A stretch of 64,000 bases of DNA from Amoebidium appalachense (taxonomy: Eukaryota; Protista; Ichthyosporea): contig CAVNZM010000002.1 of assembly GCA_963693365.1 (NCBI GenBank), forward strand, positions 4,852,259-4,916,258, read 5' to 3'. Made by a program: the position numbers and the translations under genes. The notes under the pieces are model-generated. The model saw only the letters and a list, made by a program, of their open reading frames with translations, was not told the origin of the DNA and ran no database searches. Of the stretch, positions 25,601-62,147 are shown in pieces. Each line of letters begins with the position of its first letter. Position 1 is the first letter of the stretch.

Positions 25601-25693
25601 GGCTTTGTTTGCATGTGCCGTGGTCAAGACTCACACTGATCCGATCACCAGCTATAGTAGGCCGGCCGCCACCAGGCTGCAGCTCTGCAGCAG

Positions 25694-26579
25694 CAGGCTG
25701 TGAAATTAGGGGGTTTAGGGTACAAAAAATGCCCCTAGCTTTCCGAAACTGCACCTAAATTTTGGAGGCTAGGTCCACTAATTTTTGAGAAAATGCACCC
25801 TAGTAGGGTCACAGGAAATTACCGCTACTATCCTCCCCCCCCCCCCCCCCCCCTCCCCCCTTCCCCGGGGGCCTCCCCCTCCCCCAGTTTTTTTTTTTCT
25901 TTCGAATTTTCTATCGAGCCCCTTCATATCCAAGTCTATTGACTCTGGGGAGAGCAGTGGGCGTTGGGCCAACCTATTTTTGGAACAGAAGTCCAATTGG
26001 TAACCAGAATTATAGACCCAACTAGGACATATTTGAAGTTTGCGCCTTCAAATTAAACCGAATTCGTTATAACCAACCATATCCATTCGCGCCAGTTTCG
26101 ACGAAACAAAACACACTCTGCCCCTTTTGGCGCGCTTCCGGAAAAAAACTTCCAGAGGGCCAAGAGCTTTTTCGTCATGGGTATAAATAGTAAAAGCAGC
26201 TGTCATCCACATCCCACTTCGACTTGTAGACCTCCTAATATTAGTTTCCTGGCGGTTTTCGTTATACCAATTTTTTTCATACACCTCGAGCTCAAACTGA
26301 AACATGACTGGCAACGAGAGCCAGCCACCTAGTTGTAGGCTACCTGGGGCACGTTTCACCTGGGGCTGCCGGCGGGTCGAATATCTTCAGGCCCTACATC
26401 TAAGTGCAGTTGTGATTGGCATGTGGAGGTGGGAGGTACACATGTAAGTGATGCTTTGTGGTGCGGCATCTAGTGGGTGGGAGCTGCATTGAAAACGTAG
26501 TTATTGGCTTATGTTGAGTTTTTTGGCTCTATTTATGCTTGTAAGTGCCATCGGTGTGTGTGTGTGTGTGTGTGTTTGT

Positions 26580-26613
<34 letters not shown>

Positions 26614-26783
26614 TTGTGGTGAGTGTGTGTGTCTATAAATTTCTCTTTTTGTGCTTTTTAGTGCCACCGGTGTGTGTGTGTATGTGCGTGTGTGTATGTG
26701 TGTGTGTTTGTGGTGTGTGTGTGTGTGTCTATAGTTTTTTTTCCTTTTTCTTTTGGGCTCTATTTGTGCTTTTTAGTGCCATC

Positions 26784-26862
<79 letters not shown>

Positions 26863-27265
26863 ATAATTTTTTTTTCTTTTTTTCTTTTTCTTTTTTTTTT
26901 TTTTACAAAAAAATTGCGAATTATAATAGTGTGCAAGCTCGATAAATAGCATGGCTATAATAGATTAGTGGGTAGTGTGACTTAGTCGTATTTAGTCTAG
27001 TTAGATTAAGTAGATCTTACTAGTGGCCTGGCGCCTACTAGCATCCCCTAGGATCTTGCCGCGAGTCCGGGTGGTGAATGATGGCCACTAGTGTAGTGGC
27101 ATGTACATATTTATAAATCAGGGTGCAAGGCAAACCGTTCTTTGAGAAACTATAGCAATGTCAGATTCAAGCGCATGCCATTGTACTGAGTGTACCCACA
27201 CACACATGCATATGCATCACACACACACATGTACACACACGTACACATACTGCACACACACACAT

Positions 27266-27308
<43 letters not shown>

Positions 27309-27691
27309 CACAGTGTACACATGTCCGTGCAGAGACTGGTGTTACACGGCACACACAGGCACATGTACATACACACACATGAGACACGCCAGAGCTATAC
27401 CAAAGGCACACACACACGTGCACGCACCGTTGCACACACTGCAGTGCACATACACACTCACATGTGTACCACAGTGCACACGTAGGCGTACGCACACACA
27501 CGCACACACATTGGCAGTAGACACACACGTACACAAGTATAACGGGGGGGGGGGGGGGGGGGGGGGGAATATACCCCCCCGTCGGGGGGTAAAAATATAC
27601 CCTCCGTGGCGTGTGGCACGGTTAGGGTCATCGGGCTTCGGGCCGTAGGCCCGAACTTCGCCCCTGGTCAAACCAGTAATTTCACAGCCTG
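25694..27691. mobile_element. Non-autonomous DNA transposon, ~2.0 kb, 15-bp terminal inverted repeats
   Basis: CAGGCTGTGAAATTA at 25694 and TAATTTCACAGCCTG ending at 27691, flanked by the direct repeat CTGCAGCAG (25685-25693 and 27692-27700). Subterminal palindrome CGGGCCGTAGGCCCG. No transposase recognised. Confidence 0.8.
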
Positions 27692-28450
27692 CTGCAGCAG
27701 TGCAGTTTGAATTTTTGCCTACACAAATTAACCAATCATACATGACTTACGTTATAAACGCCAACGATTGGTTACTGGCACCTGACCCTACTTCTAAATA
27801 TAGCTAATCTCTTAAGCCATCACAAAAGAGCCTTGGTATAGTATTCTGACAGTCCCCTCAGTCGAAATCCCTAATTTGGAAAGATATTTGTACAGCCTTA
27901 ATTATCTACCCTATACGAAACTCTTTTCTAATAATTCACAATTTATGACTATAAAATGCCTCCCTTACATGTGTTTCACTACGGTGTGGACAACGAAATC
28001 CTTGTCTCCTGCCGTAGGCGAAACTACTCAACTCTTGATGATGTCTAATTGGTTTACGCAAAGTTTCGTTTCTATTTGGTCGCATTATGGCAGTCTCGTC
28101 TCTCTATAAAAAATGCTGGAATCGAAATTGCAAATAACAAAACGTTTATCTTGTAATACAAAGCCAAAACAATCTTGATACAGGTTACGAGATTTTCACA
28201 TAGCTGATACCTACAAATAAATGTAAATACACTGGTACTATCATAATGATATAGGATTGATCACACCTCTCGATTACATTCGCTAACAGTCATGCAAATG
28301 TTTTACCGCTTTATTGAGCCGCCTACGGCAGAGTCGCGACGATCCACCAATACCGCCACTGGCGGGCCCTTCAAGTGTTCAGTCTCATGATCAGTTTTCT
28401 CCCCACCACACACGTTGTCTCCCGATTTCAGTAGGTGTGTGAGTGTAACT

Positions 28451-29869
28451 ATGGCTTCCATTACGCGCACGTTAAGGTGTGCCCCGGTGGCCCTTGCTAC
28501 CCGCCGCTATGCTCACTCAGTTGCGGCGGTTAGTGGGGAGAAACTGAAGATGAGCCATGTGCGCGGGCCGACTGAGCCAGCGCTCATCACACAAACCCTT
28601 GGGGATCTCTTTGAGAGCCAGGCAAAGAAGTATACGTCTAAGGAGCTGATGTTTTTCCGTGAGGAAAATGTAATTATTCCCTGCTTCCCGATCATTCGAG
28701 TACACTATTGAAATTATGCATACTCCATCACATGCTAAGATCCAACCAGGGACATCCAGTCAACACACTCTGGATATTGCAAACCATCTGTAACATAGTT
28801 TCCGCAGCTCTCAAACAACAAACACACACACACACACACACACAAATACATGGTTTTTTTTGTACACCCCTGCCCCTCTTTCCATTCAGAGTTCAACCTT
28901 TGTCACCACAAGTGTCGACATCGTCAAACACTGAACGGATTCGCATTCCACCATCCACACAGCTCATCCACACCTTACCTTTGTTGCTCGACCACAGTGC
29001 TTGCAAAGACCCCTCGATGGTGACCCCAGATTCAACTATGCGTTTAATGCTCCTCCTTTCCCCTCATCCCCCCCCCCCCCCCCCCCCCCCCTTTCGACCC
29101 ACCCAAGTTCAGTTGATGCTGCTGTCTGAGTTGGAGCGTCGTATATACGCGGGCTAAGGGGTCGAAACTCAGACGCAATTGATGACTTGGGCCCTCCCTG
29201 AGGATGGGCTCTGCTTATGACGCATACTGTGCGCATGGCTGATGCTGCATACTTGAATGTTTGCCTTTGCATGTGTCCTGCACCATGCTTCTCATCGTGT
29301 ATGCGTACTTCGTACTGTGTTCCGCATTCAAAACCCCCCCTTTCGGCCCCTCTACCCCCCCCCCCTCCCCCCCCCCCCCCCCCCCCCCCCCCCGCTCCCC
29401 CTCCCGCACGCCCTTCCCACCCACCCACCCCAGGCACACACAAACACAAGCCACCGGCAAACCTCCACACATACAACTACGTGTTTGAGGAAAAATAGTG
29501 TTTACTTTTACACTGTTACCCTACCATTCAGGTGTCTAACTTGGTTCCCCCCCTCTCCCCCTCCCCCCCTGCCCCCCGCCGTCCCCGTCCCCACATCTTT
29601 TCCTTTCCCACCTCCCCTCTTCATCCCCCTCCTGCCCCCTCCCTCCCCTCTCCCTTCCCACCCCCTCCAGCTCCGTCTTGACTGGACTGAGTCATCCTAC
29701 CGTGTTGCCTCCCTAGCAACGGGTCTTCTCAAGCTGGGCTACCAGAAGGGTGACCGGCTGGGTGTGTGGATGCCCTCCTACTCCGAGTGGACCCTCATGC
29801 AGCTGGCTTGCACCCGCATTGGGGTTATCTTGGTCAACCTTAATCCCAGGTGCGTCATTAGCCCAGGGA

Positions 29870-29921
<52 letters not shown>

Positions 29922-30946
29922 GGTGGAGCAGGGGAAGAAAAGGATAAACCGTCAAATCTAAGAAAGCACTAAATGTGGGCTGGAATGGGAGCTCATTTTC
30001 TCCCAAGATGGAGACTACGTAGGGGGGGGGGGGGGGGGGGGGGGGGGGTTCGCTGCAGTTGACAGTGAAAAGTGACGTCTCATTTGCTCCCCTATCCTGT
30101 ACTTAAAGAAAAAAGGCAGGCGGCTGGGAGGAGGAGAGAGGAAGAGATGGAGGGGGGGAGGGGGGAAGGTTGTTGGGGGGGGGAGATGGAGGGGGGCGGG
30201 AGGGAGGGAGGGCCTGTGCTGCATCAACTGGCTGTGGTGTGTACAGTGAGCAACACACTGAGCATGGGCACCACGTGCAGCTACCGTTCACACGAGCTGG
30301 AGCATGCCATCAACCTGGTGGGCTGCAAGGGTATCCTGCTCACCCAATCATATCGCTCCGATAAATATCTGGTATGTGCCCCTATGGGCCGGCCCGGCCC
30401 CCCCCCACCCCACCCCCACCCCCATCCCCACCCCACCGTCTACCCCATTTCAGGGATGGATGAGTTTATAACCACGAGCGAGTGGAGAACTGTTTGCTTT
30501 GTGGAGGCATAGGATTCCCCCGGATTCACCTTGTTTTTTAATTTTTTTTTTTGTGCCATGTGCATTTGTTTGGTTTCTGATTTTGTCTGATGAAAACTTC
30601 GGCGTTTTCCCCTCCATGTCCCCCCCCCCCCCCCCCCCCCCCCCCCACTGCTTACACATACATGCAAAAGGTTAAAGGTTATGTGATGTTGTCTCTTACA
30701 CCCGTTTTTCTGGATTTTTTTTTCCACAGGACATCCTTAGCCCGCTTGTGCCTGAGTTGCAGTCCGGCACGTATGGGGAGGCCACCAACCTTAACCTCAA
30801 AAAGCTGCCCAGCCTTAAACACATCATCATGAGGGACAACCCCAAGGCCCCCGGAGTCTTGCCTTTTGAGGTAAACCCCCTCCCATCCCCTTTCCCCCCC
30901 CCCCCCCCCCTCTCAATCCACCCTTACCATCAGCCCTCGGACACGT

Positions 30947-30985
<39 letters not shown>

Positions 30986-31322
30986 ACGGCGCAACGACAC
31001 ATGCACATTGGATATCTCCCCCCTCATTCCCCCCCCCCCCCCCCCCCCCCCCCCCGCCCCTTAATTTCCCGCCCGCACACACACGCACACCCTCTCAATT
31101 AGAGGCATCGGCCAGATTCTCTTAGCATTCATTTTTCACCATCACATCCCATGACTCAAGACAAGAACTTACCTCTACCGACCTTCCTTCTTGACCCTGC
31201 TACTGACCTAAATATTCACCCGTTCACTAACGGCTGCTTACGTCACCCCCTCAGGATCTTATGCTGACGCCCAAGCACGATGACGTCAATAAGCTTGCAT
31301 CAGGCCTCAACTGCAACGGTAT

Positions 31323-31390
<68 letters not shown>

Positions 31391-34300
31391 TCGGTTTGGA
31401 CCCTTCTGTTTTGTTATGTCTTCAATTTTTTTTCTATTTAGGTGTTTCTGCCATGCTCCGCTCCCCAATCCCTCTTAGTTCATCACCCCCATCCCACCCC
31501 TTGCCTCCTTTGCCGTTCCTTTTCTTCACCCCGTTCCACCGCCTAAATTGGCCATGCGCTGTGAATTACCCTCAATTTATGCTTTTTGGGCATGATTCAA
31601 GAGCCTGACTGATATCGTTTATTAAAGACAACTTCCAGCACAGACTGTTCCTGTTTTTTGTTTTCATCCTTAGTACTATAAATATTATACCCCACTCACC
31701 TTCCCCCCCCCCCGCCCCCGTCCCACCCTCCCCCTCCTTCCCACGACCTCTCCCCTCGCCTCCCCATCCCCCCCCCCCCCCACACACACACACATACACC
31801 CACACAAATAAAACCCAAGAGGTGATCAACATTCAGTTCACTAGTGGCACCACTGGCCTGCCCAAGGCTGCTGCTCTGAGCCACCTGACCATCGTCAATA
31901 ACGGTTACTTTGCTGGTGGAAGGATGAGATTCACTGAGGTCGATAAGGTGTGTGTGTGTCTCAACACACGAATAATCTTATTGGTCTTTAGCATATCAAA
32001 TCAATGATTATATATATTAACTAATCGTGTTCGTTTTTGATGTGATTAATCAATGGCGTCAGCTGATGGCATACTGCTGTTGGTGTTCAATGTAAAATCT
32101 CTATAGGTGCTTGGTACCAGTTTTGAAGTCATGGAGAAGGGTTGGGTTAGAGGTGAGGGGAACGAGGGAGCGAGAAAGAGGAGGGGGGGGGGGGGGGGAC
32201 AAGAAACCTCAGAATAGCTTTGAGTGGCTCGCACTAGCTTGGAGCAGCTGGTGGAACCGGATGGAAACGGAGAGGCGGAAGGGCGGGGGGAGGGGGGGGG
32301 GGGGGAGGAGGGGAGGGGGGCAGAATGGTATCAACACAGTTGTGCAGTGTGTGTGGGGGGAGGGGAGGGGGGGGGGGGGGGGGGGGGGAGTAGAGACAAA
32401 GGCAAAAGTCGGGGGGGGGGGGGGGGGGAGAGAAGAGGCTGGGGTTTGGGAGGTGTGCTAACAGTCAATCCCCCCGCCCCCCCAGGTGTGTGTGCCCGTA
32501 CCCCTCTACCACTGCTTCGGCACCGTGCTGGGCAACATTTTGGCCATTTCAAAGGGCGGCTCCCTGGTCTTCCCTGCCCCTGCTTTCAATGCTGAGGTAC
32601 GTTCATAACCCCTGCCCCCCCCCCCCCCCCCCCCCCCCCTCCCTCCTCCTCCTTCCCGTCCTCCTTCCCCTCTCCCTTTTCGCCTCCTGTTTTCACCGTC
32701 CATTCCCCATTTTTACATGTTACATACCAATTGTAAAGTTAAAAAGAACACCTCGCATTTGTTTAGTAAAAGGTTGTTCCGTTCGGTTTTGTTGTTTGTT
32801 TGTTGATTGGGTATCTTGGACCTATTAGGAGCCATTACACCCATTCAATCATCCCCCCCCCCCCCCCCCCCCCCCCCCCCCATGCAGGCCACTATGATGT
32901 CTGTAGCCGAGGAGAGGTGCACAGCGCTGCACGGTGTGCCCACGATGATGATTGCCCTGCTGGAGCATCCACGCTTCAAGGAGGTCGATGTGTCGTGCCT
33001 GCGCACAGGCATCATGGCTGTATGTGCCCCTCAGTGTTGTAGTCCCCCTGCCTCCCAACACACGCACACCCATTTGGGCGCGCGCACACACACACACAGG
33101 CAGATGCACATACATGCACATTAAACACACATTCACACACACCCCTCCACACACGAACAGAACACACACCTACCCCGGGGTCCCCCCCCCCCCTCCCCCC
33201 CCCCCCCCCCCCCACCGGGAGCTTTGGAGGCCTTCAGTCATTGAACATGCGTGTTTAAGCTCTTGCTTGTCTCTTTGTGTCCGTGACGGATTTTTTTTTT
33301 TTTTTTTTTTTTTTTGGGGGGGGGGGGGGGGGGATCCTATGCCTTCTCTCTATTTCGGGGGAGGGGGGGGGGGGGTGTTGAGGGCATTTGTGCTAATGAG
33401 GGGGTTTTTTCCAGGGAGCCAGCTGTGCACCAGAGCTTATGCGGCGTGTGATGAATGACCTTCACATGAAAGACGTTGTGATTGGCTACGGCATGACCGA
33501 GACTGGGCCCTTATCCTTCCAGACAGATGTGGATGATACCGTGGAGGCAAGGTGTGTGATATAACCGTGCTGGGATATAGACCTGAAGAAAATTGGTATA
33601 TGTTTGGATATGCTTTGAAGAAAGTTTTGGATGATGATTGTTTGTCTATGATACCGTGGAGGTCAAGTGTGTGATATAACCGTGTGGGGAAATTATTCGG
33701 AAGAAAAACGGTAAATGTTTGAATGTGTTTTTAGGGTTGGGATATGAAGGTTAGGAACATTGTAAAGCCTCTTTGGGAAATTTGTGAGCATGGCTGTCTG
33801 GAGAGCTGTTGACTTTCTGGTTATGACTGTAAGCGACACACTTATAATTGTTTGGACATGACAATGAAGTAAATTTGAAAGATGAAACTTGTTTTCTTTT
33901 TTCCATTACAGGTGTGAGACTGTAGGTCGTATCCTACCGCATACCGAGTGCAAGGTCACTGATGCAAACAACAACGTGGTGCCGGTGGGAGTCAAGGGAG
34001 AACTGAAGACTAGGGGGTACCTGGTCATGAAGGGATACTGGGCCCAGGTAGGTCATGTGACTTAAAGCCACAATGATTGGTTCATTTCGTGTGTGTGTAT
34101 GGGAGGAGAGGGGGAGGAAGGGGGGGGGGGGGGGGGGGGGGCGGAGGTGCGGGGGGAGGGGGGGGGGGGGGGGTGGATGTCTATGGTGGGTGATTCTTGT
34201 TGGGAAGGAGACCGGGTGGGTAGGGAGTATGTTCCTTGATGGTGTGGTATATTCCTTCTGTTCCTTTATTTCTTTTTTACTTTGATGCCTTCTACCTGCA

Positions 34301-34410
34301 GGCCGACAAGACCAAACAGACCATCGATGATGACGGCTTTGTGTCTTCCGGTGACCAAGGTGCCTCCACTCCCTCCCCCGCCCGCCCCGCCCCAAACACA
34401 CACGCGCGCG

Positions 34411-34444
<34 letters not shown>

Positions 34445-36284
34445 ACGATGTAGCACCTGCTTGTTTCCATTCACCCTCCGCATGGCCGGCAAGTGCAATG
34501 GCTTGTGAGTACTTCTTGTGGCACGTGAAAAGGATGATTGTATGGTGTCACACCTAGCAACCATGTATGGTGTCACACCCAGCAACCATGTATGGTGTCA
34601 CACCTAGCAACCGAATCCCGCGCTTTCTTTCCCACACACTCACACCTAGCAATCAAACACCCCAGCCACTATGGATGAGGATGGCTACCTTCGTGTTGTA
34701 GGTCGTCTCAAGGACATCATCATCAGGGGGGGTGAGAACATTGCACCAAAGGAGGTCGAAGAGTTCTTGTTCACACACCCCGGTGTGGCTGATGTGCAGG
34801 TATGTATTTGGTGGGGGGGTTTTATCGTCTCCCCTCCTTCCCCCCCCTCCCTCTCCTATTCTATGCTAAACACGCACATGCACACACACACACTCTCTCT
34901 CTCTCGCACACACACAAACACACACACACACTCTCTCTCTCTCTGCCTCTCTACTCCCCCCCCCCCCTTCCCAACACCCCCTCACCCCCACCTTTTCGCC
35001 TCGCATTCCCCATTTTTCCTTTCCTTTCACACACACACACTCCCTCGTTTATTTTCTCCCAGACCGGCACACACACCCACACCCCTCCAGCACACACCCA
35101 CACGGACTTAGCCTAACACGTGCACCTACCACGTGCAGGTTGTTGGTGCCCCTGATGCCAAGTACGGTGAGCAGGTGGCCTGCTTCATTATTCCACGCCC
35201 TGGCTACGAGAGTATGTTACCTTCCCTTCCTCCCCCCATGCAACCGGGCATGGTTGCTCTGTGTCGTGCATCTGTAAGCACATACGCATTTTCCGCTGCA
35301 CTGCATTAATTTGCACACACACATTCACCGTTTTGCTCACCTTGTTGCATAAGCAACCCTGCTCGTCTTTGATCAAGACGGGTTGACCCTCCCAAGTTCA
35401 GTTGATGCTGCTGTCTAGGTTGGAGAGTCGTATATACGCGGGCTAAGGGGTCGAAACTCAGACGCAATTGATGACTTGGGCCCTCCCTGAGGATGGGCTC
35501 TGCTTATGACGCATACTGTGCGCATGGCTGATGTTGCATACTTGAATGTTTGCTTTTGCATGTGTCCTTCGTGTATGCGTACTTCGTACCGTTTCCGCAT
35601 TCAAACCCTCCCCCCTCCCCCCTTCCTCCTCCTCCTTGCTGGTGAGGACTTTTGACCGCAGTATCACACAAACATGCCCAGCACGGACAAGAAGCTTAAG
35701 GCTTGCATCATTTTTTGTGTCCCTTTCTTTTCATGCCGTGACATCTATTATTCCAACCCTCTAATCCCCAGAAACCGAAAAAGAAAGACAATTCACTCTA
35801 AAGCACACTCATTCCCCTCCTCCTTCCCCCCTCCCCCCCCCCCCCTCCCCCCCCCCCCCCCCCCCCCCCCCCAAACACACACAGACTGTGAGGACTTTAC
35901 CCCCGAGGGTCTCAAGAAATACTGTGATGGCCGCATTTCCCGCTTCAAGGTCCCCACATATGTGTGGGCCGTTAAATCCTACCCACTCACCGGTAACCTC
36001 CCGTCCTCTCCCCCCCCCCCCCCCCCCCCCTCCTCCCCCCCCCACCACCACCACCACCACCATCACCACCATACACACTCGTGCGTGCGCACACACACAC
36101 AGAGAGAGAGAGAGAGGGAGAGGAAAGCAATAAATTTTTAATCCTGTTTCATGCCACACCACTTGCATGGTGGTAGTGGATTTGGGGGGTGAAGGGGGGG
36201 AGGGGGGCTCAAATACACCTGCGCAAAGACTGACGGTTGACACTCATGATCACACAACACATCTCACTTCCACTAACAATCTCA

Positions 36285-36369
<85 letters not shown>

Positions 36370-36448
36370 GACCGGCAAGGTGCAAAAGAACAAACTGCGT
36401 GACCTGGCTGCAAAGATGACCGAAGAGGCAAACGCCCAGGCTGCCTAA
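28451..36448 (+). CDS. ACSF2-like acyl-CoA synthetase (AMP-binding enzyme), probably mitochondrial, multi-exon
   Basis: Presequence-like [23 protein letters not shown]. Motifs in successive GT-AG exons: [108 protein letters not shown]. Stop at 36448. Confidence 0.92.
29092..29333 (+). mobile_element. 5'-truncated copy C of the structured intronic repeat (acyl-CoA synthetase intron 1)
   Basis: Starts at GACCC just after a poly(C) tract, matches copy A from 18520 onward, ends CCGCATTCAAAA then poly(C). Confidence 0.9.
34539..34613. repeat. Three copies of a ~25-bp intronic minisatellite
   Basis: TGTATGGTGTCACACCYAGCAACC repeated three times. Confidence 0.85.
35279..35605 (+). mobile_element. 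Long copy D of the structured intronic repeat
   Basis: Shares the 5' extension (ACGCATTTT.CGCTGCACTGC...GCTCACCTTG) and the whole core with copy A. Ends CCGCATTCAAA followed by a C-rich tract. Confidence 0.9.
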
Positions 36449-36872
36449 TGTAAATACAAGCCAGAAATGTGCATATCCCAATGTTTTTGTCTAGTTATCT
36501 CATACACAACCTCTTTTGTTGGAATACCATATTATCACGCTCTACATTGCTATATTAGACAATTGTGACCCTCCCCCCCCCTCTCCTCCTCCCTCCCCCC
36601 TCCCCCCTCCCTTTCAAAAATTTTCTGTGCACTCAACAGCATCCCGAACTGGTTCATTTTTTGGGCAAATATATGCCATATGCATAGTAACAGTTAATGT
36701 AAATATTATTGTGTGGCTTTAAAATATCTTATTTTGTTTTGATAGAACATTGGCCATAAAAGGGCCTTTTCTTTGGAGTTGTCCATTCAGTATTCAATGC
36801 TTAGTGTCAACACTTTTACACGGAAATTTGGATCCGGTATCCAGTTGTAGTACATGTCTCATCTTGCATAGT

Positions 36873-36911
<39 letters not shown>

Positions 36912-37481
36912 GCAGACATCTAAATTGAAGCTCGTGTGTGCATTTGAAATGACCTAAGGCCAGACGTTGCCCCTTGACTTCACTGCCTGTAGTCATGGTA
37001 GCCATGCGTTTCTCTATTTGGAAATAATGTGCGCATGCCTGCGATACTGTGTGTTTGTGTGTGTGTACATGTGCAAAGGTGTGGTGGATATGCATACACA
37101 TCATACCGAGAATATTATAGACATGAGAATGAAGGAAGAAAAGGCTGTAGTGTGTGTTTGTTGGGGGGGGGGGGGGGGGGGGGGGGGCAGCTCAATTGAA
37201 TTAGTAAGCGTAAACTTCATGATCACACCAGTGCACCGTCAAAGGCCACAGACTCATTCTGTGCCAACAAGAGCCTTGCGGCAACAAAAGCGTTGCTGCA
37301 AACGTTCAACATGTACGTATGTATATAGACGTTTACGTTGGCTTCGTGGCCCGTTCTAGATCGAGCTTGGGCGTTTCGTTTGCTCTCAGTTTGTTTTAGG
37401 ACTCTCAGTCAAGTGCGGGGCTGGCATATATTATCACTCAGTGTGCTTATGAACACACACACACACGTTTTTTGAATCACT

Positions 37482-37522
<41 letters not shown>

Positions 37523-37532
37523 TAGAGAGACA

Positions 37533-37592
<60 letters not shown>

Positions 37593-38724
37593 TGTGCAGA
37601 CTCAGCAACTTTAATGACATAAACCATCTTACATTGGCTACAGTTTTATTTCTCATATTTCACTTTATGCTATGCGTCGCTCTCTTGATCCTTGGCCCGA
37701 GATAAAGCCAGTCTTTGTGTTTAAAGCCGCTAAAAGCATAAAAATTTTAAAAAGAAGGTGCATGATCCTACCGGCACACGAAAGAACATGCTGTGCACTC
37801 ACGATTCAATACAAACACTCTAGAAAGGTGTATGCCCCCGTGACCACTTATTATCATATGCTTCAGCCACACAAGCAAAAATTTGGCCCCCCTCCCCCCC
37901 GTCCCCCCCCCCCCCCCCCCCCCCCAGAAAAAAAAAACAAAAAAAAACAAACAAAAACGCTCTCCTCCCTTCCCAGCCTGCACGCCATCCGTCTGCCCCC
38001 CCCCCCCCCCCCCCCCTCCCCCCGTTTATATCGAGTGTATAGCATGCATAGCACTAATTTACACAGTTACCATAACTGCTAAGCGGTATATATATGTGCT
38101 TGCTTATAACAACCATAGGAAAACATAGCATGTGGTTCGATCTGCTACATGGGCAAATATATGCATGAAAGATCGTCATTCGCAAATAAAGACAGGTCGC
38201 TACTGCCCTACTTGACTTCCGTCATGTACACGCCCCGACCATTAAAAATTTTTTTTTTTAAAAAAAAAACCAAGATATTGTGAAAGTTTGAGCATATGCC
38301 AGCTGTTATACTAGCTAGTGTATGCGTAGCATATGCTGTATGTGCAAAGAGTGTTATGACGGAAAACACCAGCTATCTCAGCAGTATCTCATTGTGTCTA
38401 TGGTAATTGTACTATATAATATCCTTATTAGCCCTCTCTGATGCCCCGATCTAAGTAATATTCATTATATATCTTCCATTGGGCAACCAAGAATAACTTT
38501 CCCCCCATTGCGTGTGAATGTAACTTGTATATCTGGACAATAACATCTATTGGATATGATCAGTGTGTTCTTGGCATCTATCGAGGCCCCGTCCTTCGCA
38601 AAACTATTTTAAATTTGTCCGTAGAATTCGCCACCGATCGTTGCTGCTCACTCGCTGATTGGTTCATAAATAACCTTTTATGGCAGGTGGAGTGACCCCG
38701 ATCCAATCAAACACAGGGAAATTG

Positions 38725-62147
<23,423 letters not shown>

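Noticed and set aside
26048-26359. 103-aa ORF inside the TIR element as a transposase remnant
   Set aside because: No BED finger, DDE or hAT dimerisation motif that I can recognise.
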